Source: a virus (taxonomy: Duplodnaviria > Caudoviricetes). Taken from it: a DNA stretch of 64,000 nucleotides. The position numbers were made by a program, and so were the translations under genes. The DNA lies in the IMG/VR virus record IMGVR_UViG_3300001525_000272, positions 1-64,000 of that record, one strand, 5' to 3'. This document shows, in pieces, positions 57,590 to 64,000 of this stretch. The notes under the pieces were generated by a model, which saw nothing but the letters and a program-made list of their open reading frames with translations, was not told where the DNA came from and did not search any database. How positions within the stretch are numbered: position 1 is the stretch's first letter; every line of letters starts with the position of its first letter.

Positions 57590-58035
57590 TTTTCTTTTTG
57601 TTTTTCTTTAAAGTGTTCTAGTGTGATTTTTAAAATGATATTTCTCAATAAAACATCATTAGTCAATAAACCAACTTGATTGAATTTTTCTTTGATTATA
57701 TTTGTATAATGTTTAAAATCTTCTTCTAAATTCGTTTCTTTTATGAGAGTATTATATGCAGATTCTATATCAGAATTAGTTAACGATTCAATTACAGAAT
57801 TACCATAATGTAACTCTTCAGTTAACTTCTTTGCTTTTTCCGCACACTCTTCACATTCTTCTTGTGCTGCCTCATTATCGGTTTCATTATAATAGATATT
57901 ACAAATTCTAACACCCTCTATACCATACAATTTATCCATTTCTTGGAATACTTTTTTCTGTATATCAGACTTGAGTTCTGATTCAAATTTATCTTCTAAT
58001 TCAAAAATCTTCTCAACTAAATCATTCTTATTCAT
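57586..58035 (-). CDS. Hypothetical protein
   Basis: 149-aa acidic helical ORF. Confidence 0.55.
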   Translation of the reverse strand: MNKNDLVEKIFELEDKFESELKSDIQKKVFQEMDKLYGIEGVRICNIYYNETDNEAAQEECEECAEKAKKLTEELHYGNSVIESLTNSDIESAYNTLIKETNLEEDFKHYTNIIKEKFNQVGLLTNDVLLRNIILKITLEHFKEKQKEK

Positions 58036-58037
58036 AG

Positions 58038-58442
58038 TTATCTTCCAGTACTTACAAGTTTAAAAATCATTTCTTTTAATTTCTTTTCTCTCTTCAAATT
58101 ATCAATTTCATCTATCAAATCAGATTGTTTAAATTCATTCAATTGAATTGATAAGATATTACCATTATACATGTACAAATGAACAGAGTTGTCTTCCATT
58201 CTTATTTGATGAACACCTCGTTCATTTTTATTACCCAATGTATATATCTTAATTGTTGATCCATCTTCAATTTTTACATCTGGATCATTTTCCTTAAATC
58301 TAATTGTTATCAACTCATAAAGCTTATCCATTAATTGAAATACTGTTATCTTAATGAATTTCTTATTAATTGGATTTTCAAACAATTGAGAAGATAAATC
58401 AACATCAGATTCTTTTTCTTTAATTCTATAGAAAATTTTCAT
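58038..58442 (-). CDS. Hypothetical protein
   Basis: 134-aa ORF with a 4-nt overlap. Confidence 0.55.
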   Translation of the reverse strand: MKIFYRIKEKESDVDLSSQLFENPINKKFIKITVFQLMDKLYELITIRFKENDPDVKIEDGSTIKIYTLGNKNERGVHQIRMEDNSVHLYMYNGNILSIQLNEFKQSDLIDEIDNLKREKKLKEMIFKLVSTGR

Positions 58443-59197
58443 TTCTGAGTAACCTCAACATATATCGGATCAAAGAAAATCTTAAAGTAATGATTGAAAT
58501 ATTTCCATGTATCTATGTTTTTTGGATTTACATAAGATATATCTCTAACTGTCATTGACTTATTATCTTTAAGCATGAATGTATAATAAGTCTGTAATCC
58601 CTTACCCAATTTATCAACTTGTCTTTCAATTGCGTATAATTTGATATTTTCTTCTGTAGCATTAATAATCTTCTGTTTCAGATATTCCATTTGTTTCATT
58701 AACATTTTTGTGTTATAGAAATCAAATTCAAATATCTTTTTATATATTACATCCAATCCATGATAATAATGAGAAACACCCTTTACATCCATTTCTCCAA
58801 AATCATCAAAATATATCATACAATTACGTTTAATATCTATAACTAATAATGATAAGATCTTTCTCATTTTCAATTCAATGAACTTATCATTATTTGCCAA
58901 TTTCTTAGTTGATATAAAACCATCTTTCTGTCTAAATATGACATCAGATTTTTGAATCTCATTGACTCTCAAATAATAATCAATAAGATTCTTTACAGAT
59001 TCATTTAAGAATGAAGATAATTGAGGATTGTCAATTTGTTGTATACCAACAAACTTACTTCTTTCTTCCTTATTATCCAAAGATACATTTTTAAAATCAT
59101 AAAACTGTCTTTTCATAATAGTTGGGAATGCAGCAACTATATCATAGTAATACAGATCCCTCATTATTAAAGGACAAGTTTCATTGATTCCATTCAT
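58439..59197 (-). CDS. Stand-alone family-B DNA polymerase palm-like subunit (putative)
   Basis: YYDIVAAFPTI resembles motif A (DxxSLYPSI), VIFRQKDGFI motif C (xxDTDS), DVKGV the KG motif; only 252 aa. Confidence 0.5.
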   Translation of the reverse strand: MNGINETCPLIMRDLYYYDIVAAFPTIMKRQFYDFKNVSLDNKEERSKFVGIQQIDNPQLSSFLNESVKNLIDYYLRVNEIQKSDVIFRQKDGFISTKKLANNDKFIELKMRKILSLLVIDIKRNCMIYFDDFGEMDVKGVSHYYHGLDVIYKKIFEFDFYNTKMLMKQMEYLKQKIINATEENIKLYAIERQVDKLGKGLQTYYTFMLKDNKSMTVRDISYVNPKNIDTWKYFNHYFKIFFDPIYVEVTQK

Positions 59198-59210
59198 AAG
59201 ATTTAATTTT

Positions 59211-59251
59211 AAAAAGTGGTCACCTAAGTTTTAGTTAGGTGACCACTTTTT
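59211..59251. terminator. Bidirectional rho-independent terminator
   Basis: 17-bp inverted repeat aaaaagtggtcacctaa / ttaggtgaccacttttt with A/T runs at both ends. Confidence 0.8.
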
Positions 59252-59260
59252 TAAATCATA

Positions 59261-59974
59261 TTAAATACCGCACTTGAAACAAGTATTCTCGATCTTAATG
59301 CAGTAATTAATATCAATAATCTCATTATTCATGAAAGCAGTGACAATATCACGAATCTGACCAATATCATCAGCCTTCATGACCTTATCATAGATACGGC
59401 CACCTGCCACCTTGAACGTAAGTTTTGCCATTTCCACATCAACTCGAGGAATTGCAACACCATTGTTCCTGTATCCAACCTTGCCTCCACGAGCCTTAAA
59501 GTACGTAAGAGATTCGATTGTGATACCTTCAGGATTCTTGATATAGCAGAACGTGTTATTCTTGGAAACATAGATACTGACAGTAGGACTTTTGATAATA
59601 ATACCAGAAAGAAGAACCTTGATTTCAGTAATCCCGTCAGCAAGATTTGACGGAATCATATGATTCTTACAATTGAATGAAAACGGAACACCATCTTTAT
59701 CGATACCAACAAGGATTCCCTTGGTATCATTAATATCAGTACCATCATCAGCAAGAGTCAGATTGACTTTCTTCCAATTATCAATAAGATTAATATTGTT
59801 ATTAACAAGATCGAACACCTTTACGCATTGATCAGCCGGAATAAAAAGCTGAGATTTTTTCTCCTCCATATCAGCAACTTCTTCCATATCAGCGGATTCC
59901 ATTATTTCAGGAGCCATTCCGCCACCATTATCATTAGCAATATCCATAGCAGCAGCAATCTCTTGTTCAGACAT
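59261..59974 (-). CDS. Hypothetical protein, likely abundant
   Basis: ATG 59974 (MSEQEIAAAMD); acidic N-terminus; codon usage (AAG, TTC, ATC) like that of the sheath and RNAP genes. Confidence 0.6.
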   Translation of the reverse strand: MSEQEIAAAMDIANDNGGGMAPEIMESADMEEVADMEEKKSQLFIPADQCVKVFDLVNNNINLIDNWKKVNLTLADDGTDINDTKGILVGIDKDGVPFSFNCKNHMIPSNLADGITEIKVLLSGIIIKSPTVSIYVSKNNTFCYIKNPEGITIESLTYFKARGGKVGYRNNGVAIPRVDVEMAKLTFKVAGGRIYDKVMKADDIGQIRDIVTAFMNNEIIDINYCIKIENTCFKCGI

Positions 59975-60088
59975 TTTTAGTTTTCCTTTTTTGTTTAGTT
60001 GAATGAAACCGACTGCTGGGGTTTTTAATTTACCCAACAGTCGGTGTTATTTTGGTTAGTACAATCCAATTATTTCTAATTACAAAAG

Positions 60089-60739
60089 TTAACCAATCTT
60101 CATACTAATAAGCTGCATGAATTCCATTCTCGTCTGAGGCTGAGTTCTGAACTTTCCTCTCATCTGAGAAGTAACCATGTTAGCCTTCTGATTCTTTACA
60201 CCACGTGCAGTCATACACAGATGTTGAGCATCCATTATAACACCACAACCCTGAGGTTCAATGATTGTTTCAATGGCATCAGCAACTTGACTACAAAGTT
60301 TCTCTTGAATCTGAAGTCTGCGTGCATAATACTCAACAATTCTGACCAACTTAGAAACACCAATTACCTTCTTATTAGGAAGATAACCGATATGACAAAT
60401 TCCATGAAACGGAATCATATGGTGTTCACAAGTTGAATAGAACTTGATATCTTTGCACATGACAATCTGGGAATCATCCTGATCTCCAATATCTTCAGCA
60501 AATGAAGTATCAAGAACAGGAGTAGTCTTATAACCCCCATACAATTCAAGCCATGATTTAACTACACGATAAGGAGTCTCTTTCAGACCTTCGCGATCAG
60601 GATCATCTCCGATAAGTCGAAGACATTCACGAATATGATCCATTGCACCAGGATAGATCTTATTGAGAGCTTCTTTGGTAATATTCTTCGGAATTCCGTG
60701 AGTAAGAAATTCCTCTGCCAGTTCTTTGTTAATTTCCAT
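60089..60739 (-). CDS. folE: GTP cyclohydrolase I
   Basis: REGLKETPYRV, FYSTCEHHMIPFHG, GVSKLVR..EYYARRLQIQE, HLCMTARGV. Start MEINK, 23 nt after the beta stop. Confidence 0.93.
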   Translation of the reverse strand: MEINKELAEEFLTHGIPKNITKEALNKIYPGAMDHIRECLRLIGDDPDREGLKETPYRVVKSWLELYGGYKTTPVLDTSFAEDIGDQDDSQIVMCKDIKFYSTCEHHMIPFHGICHIGYLPNKKVIGVSKLVRIVEYYARRLQIQEKLCSQVADAIETIIEPQGCGVIMDAQHLCMTARGVKNQKANMVTSQMRGKFRTQPQTRMEFMQLISMKIG

Positions 60740-60761
60740 ATTGTTTGTATCCTTGATTGTT

Positions 60762-63700
60762 TTAATCTTCGGTTTCAAAAATATCACCATCAAGTTCAAA
60801 AGGAGATTCTTCCAAACCTTCAATTGAATCAAGAGGTTCATCATCAATTTCCTCAGAAATAGTATTCTCGCCTTCCTGTATCTGGAAGTTCAATCCGAGG
60901 GATGCAAGATTCGTCTGAAGAAGTCTGAGACTCTGTGGAACCTCATCATCATCGATATCATCAAGCATCTCATCATTTGACATACAGTTGGCAATGTACT
61001 TATTTCTAAGTGAAATACTATCCGATTTTACAGTAGTGAATTCGTGAAGGTTGATTTCATCACCATGAGCGATTACTGCCCAAACTTCCATTTCACCAAG
61101 ACGTTGACCACCCTTACGAGTTTTACCCCCAAGCGGTTGAGAAGTCTTTGCTGAATACGGACCAATACCTCTTGCTGCCAATTTATCCTGAGAAATATGA
61201 TTCAATTTCATAAAGTAAAGAGATCCAAACACAAGTTCGTTCTGAATCATCTTCTTGGAAACTGGATCATAGACAGGAACTTCATACTTGCTATTAGTAT
61301 ACTCCATTGCTTGATCAAGCTCAGCAGGACCAATAGATTGGAACGGCGGCTGAATAACATAGAAGTTATCAATAGCTTTCTTCAAAGTTTCTGTATCATT
61401 AATGGGATCGAATATCTCTTTGAGCTGAACCGAATAATTCTTACCGGGTGTCTTATCAATGATATCAACAAAACCATAGATGAAAGATTTAATCTCATCA
61501 TTGGATTTCTTGTTTTCAATCATTTCAAGAGCCATCTTTCTAAGATTCAAAACAGCTTGAGACAAATGACATTCATACACCTGACCAATGTTCATACGAG
61601 AAACGATACCGAGAGGGTTAATCACAATATCGGCTCGTGTTCCATCTTCAGTAACAGGCATAAGTTCATCAGGAACGAATCTTGAAATTGTCCCCTTGTT
61701 ACCATGTCTATTTGCTAACTTATCACCAAGCTGTAAGTTTCTTTCATATTTATAAGTAATTTCAATTCTGACACCATCGACAGAATCACCCTTGATCTTA
61801 TAATTATTCTTTTCAGACTTATTGACATCCAATGTATTGAGAACAGATTCAACTTGTTCATCAGAAAGATATTCATGGAGACCAGCTTCTAACTGTTTCC
61901 TGTATTCCTTCTGATTATTGACTGCGTCTTTAATGAACTTGTTGTACTGTTCAAAACACTTATTCCAACTATTGGCATAGATCTTGATGTCGATGATTTC
62001 ACCATCTTCATCACTATGAACTTCACTAATCGGTTCAAATACCACATCGGTGAATTTTTCAGTATCAACAGCCTTGACCTTTGCAATGGTCTGACCAGTC
62101 TTTACTCTATCACCAATCTTTGGTATTGCTTGATAATTCTCAATATCATCATTCAGATTGAGAAGAACTTTACTCTCCGGAACTTCAACCACGACCTGTC
62201 CATAATGAACAGATGCAAACACCTTGTTCTTTCTGACACTTTCAGAAATAACAATAGCGTCTTCGTAGTTGTATCCATACCAGGGTGTGATACAGGTGCG
62301 AAGATTTCTTCCCAATGTAATCTTGCCATTATTGAGATAATTCGATTCAGCAAGGATATCACCCTTCTTAAACGAATCACCAACATTCACATAAACATGA
62401 TAGAAATCAAGCACCGAAATATAAAGTTTTCTATAACCAACATGGAAAGTTTTGAACTCTCCGGTTACATACTTGACAATCAAAAGATCCTGATCTTTAT
62501 AAATAACAGTACCATCTTCTTCAGCCCACTTCAAGAACGAAGTATATTGAGTATACATTCCTTCAGTTCCAGATTGAACCAAGGGAAGATCAAATTTCTC
62601 AAGCATCACTGCGTGACGTTGCTGAGAAGAACTCATCTGAAGTCGAACAGTATCATCATGTTCACAGAATGGAACCTGTGCAGTAGAAACAGAGTTAACA
62701 GGATCGTTATCTCCATTAGTAGTAGAAAGTGCACCGAATTCATCGAACGAAGCACTTGGAACTACGTACTGGGTTGTTCCGCATCCATCACGATCACCAG
62801 TATCAGATGGATCAAGCAAATGAAGCATACTCGGATGAATCTCACGAAGATGCAAAGGAACATTTGCTTTCTGGAAACCACCAGGACCACTCAATGAAGT
62901 TCTAGAAAGAAACGCTAATTCAGAAAGAGGATTCAAACTGGTATCATACTGAATGATACTAGAAACATTTGCGTTTGACAGAATCACCTTTGAATTATTA
63001 GTAAAACGAAACTTTCTATTCTTCTTAATAGATGTAAGAATATTATAGAAGTCTTTACACAGATAACAATAAACTACCTGTTCGATGAAACGAAGTCTCT
63101 TATTCTGATAATCGTCATCATCATAACTTCCATTCTGAAGAACATAGATAAACTCATCAATGACATTGTCAGTATTCATATAACGTCTACTGAAAATATC
63201 AATTTTGGTAGTGAGTTTAATATTATCGATGATTTGAGCATCACTCATTTTGGCAAAGTCAGATCTCAATACTGCTTGCTTGTTGATACCGTCATCCTTA
63301 AGAATCTTCATTACATCAGAACGAAGTTCATGCATATCATCATTGAGTTCTTCAAAATCAGAACCCGGAATTGCTTCGAATTCATCATTCAGATAGAACT
63401 TGGTCTTACAACCTTCAACTCCATAAAGAGCAACAACCAATTTGGCAAACGGAAATTTCTTTCCGAAGATGCTTGCCTCATAGTTATAAACTCTACGAGC
63501 TGTATCCTTATGAGTAATCATAAAGGAAGCAATATTAGTACGAATCTTAATGATATTCTTCGTAACAATAGTTGGCTTATCATAAAGCTGATATACACAA
63601 GCCTTATAATTACCACCAATCAAGAAGTGATTGTTTTCCAACCAAGGAATATCATAATCAAGTTCAATGGGAAAATCTTCATCCTTTTCAGGACTGTGAT

Positions 63701-63923
63701 AAACAATTCCTATTTTGAGAACTTTACTAACAGTCTTTCTTATCTCATTTGGATTCTTGTTTTCCTTCTCACAAATATCAATATGGGTTACCCTCATATT
63801 GTATTCGGGAATGCATTCAAGCATCCTACCAATTATTTCAATAATCTTCGACTCATTCCATTCATATTGACGGAAATTGAAGACATTAACTTCAGGTAAT
63901 GCGTGACTTGGAACTTGTAACAT
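60762..63923 (-). CDS. rpoB: Phage multisubunit RNA polymerase beta-like subunit
   Basis: SRTSLSGPGG, QMSSSQQRHAV, GRNL, GYNYEDAIVISES, GDKLANRHGNKGTIS, DIVINPLGIVSRMNIGQ, GGQRLGEMEVWA; AGGAG RBS. Confidence 0.93.
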   Translation of the reverse strand: MLQVPSHALPEVNVFNFRQYEWNESKIIEIIGRMLECIPEYNMRVTHIDICEKENKNPNEIRKTVSKVLKIGIVYHSPEKDEDFPIELDYDIPWLENNHFLIGGNYKACVYQLYDKPTIVTKNIIKIRTNIASFMITHKDTARRVYNYEASIFGKKFPFAKLVVALYGVEGCKTKFYLNDEFEAIPGSDFEELNDDMHELRSDVMKILKDDGINKQAVLRSDFAKMSDAQIIDNIKLTTKIDIFSRRYMNTDNVIDEFIYVLQNGSYDDDDYQNKRLRFIEQVVYCYLCKDFYNILTSIKKNRKFRFTNNSKVILSNANVSSIIQYDTSLNPLSELAFLSRTSLSGPGGFQKANVPLHLREIHPSMLHLLDPSDTGDRDGCGTTQYVVPSASFDEFGALSTTNGDNDPVNSVSTAQVPFCEHDDTVRLQMSSSQQRHAVMLEKFDLPLVQSGTEGMYTQYTSFLKWAEEDGTVIYKDQDLLIVKYVTGEFKTFHVGYRKLYISVLDFYHVYVNVGDSFKKGDILAESNYLNNGKITLGRNLRTCITPWYGYNYEDAIVISESVRKNKVFASVHYGQVVVEVPESKVLLNLNDDIENYQAIPKIGDRVKTGQTIAKVKAVDTEKFTDVVFEPISEVHSDEDGEIIDIKIYANSWNKCFEQYNKFIKDAVNNQKEYRKQLEAGLHEYLSDEQVESVLNTLDVNKSEKNNYKIKGDSVDGVRIEITYKYERNLQLGDKLANRHGNKGTISRFVPDELMPVTEDGTRADIVINPLGIVSRMNIGQVYECHLSQAVLNLRKMALEMIENKKSNDEIKSFIYGFVDIIDKTPGKNYSVQLKEIFDPINDTETLKKAIDNFYVIQPPFQSIGPAELDQAMEYTNSKYEVPVYDPVSKKMIQNELVFGSLYFMKLNHISQDKLAARGIGPYSAKTSQPLGGKTRKGGQRLGEMEVWAVIAHGDEINLHEFTTVKSDSISLRNKYIANCMSNDEMLDDIDDDEVPQSLRLLQTNLASLGLNFQIQEGENTISEEIDDEPLDSIEGLEESPFELDGDIFETED

Positions 63924-63944
63924 TTTTTGTTTTACTCCTAAAAG

Positions 63945-64000
63945 ATTATGCCTTGTTAGTTAACAACTTCTCAAGAATTCCATCACTGGACTGAGAATTA
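63945..64000 (-). CDS. 3' end of an upstream gene (truncated by window)
   Basis: ...NSQSSDGILEKLLTNKA* with TAA at 63945-63947, 21 nt before the beta start. Confidence 0.45.

Noticed and set aside
235-63899. Many short antisense or overlapping ORFs in the track (e.g. 5448..5795, 29545..29949, 53283..53735, 62016..62897, 63234..63899)
   Set aside because: They lie opposite or inside long motif-bearing genes, lack RBS and motifs, and read as shadow translations.
1-64000. Stop-codon reassignment (TAG/TGA), as seen in some jumbo phages
   Set aside because: ORFs of 3178, 1515 and 1433 aa are open in the standard code and conserved proteins end at sensible positions, including at TGA and TAG stops.
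1-64000. CRISPR arrays, tRNA or rRNA genes, group I/II introns
   Set aside because: No spaced direct repeats, cloverleaf motifs or interrupted conserved genes were recognised by eye. tRNAscan-SE or Infernal would be needed to exclude them fully.

Overview
This is a 64-kb segment of an AT-rich (roughly 30% GC by eye) jumbo myophage genome in the standard genetic code. Bases 1-33258 (+ strand) encode late/structural genes: two tail-fibre/adhesin proteins, a GT2 glycosyltransferase, a 3178-aa baseplate-anchored adhesin whose last Ig-like domain is split across a one-base frame break, a baseplate protein, a free-standing homing endonuclease, a small lipoprotein, a papain-like protease, large terminase, an HExxH protein, tape measure and a hub/tube-initiator-like protein. 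Bases 33266-64000 (- strand) encode a possible sigma-like RNAP subunit; gp6-, gp14-, gp25- and gp26-like baseplate/neck genes; tail tube, sheath and hub; a RecD/Dda helicase; four tandem genes sharing the N-terminus MKIR[SN]DFVSNSSSSSF; a coupled Gat / HAD / intein-containing QueC trio; ATP-dependent ligase; a stand-alone PolB-palm-like protein; FolE; and a single-gene RNA polymerase beta subunit. The most notable observations are: (1) a likely +1 programmed frameshift (UUU_UUU_CGC) extending the tail-assembly-chaperone-like gene; (2) the NSSSSSF gene array; (3) a split Gat+QueC 7-deazaguanine module with an embedded HAD enzyme and an intein; (4) a phage transcription system (beta, sigma-like gene, six copies of a GAAC[A/T]AA late-promoter motif); (5) an RBS-occluding hairpin and a G-tract-loop hairpin flanking the homing endonuclease. 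All family assignments come from motif recognition by eye; no database search was run.
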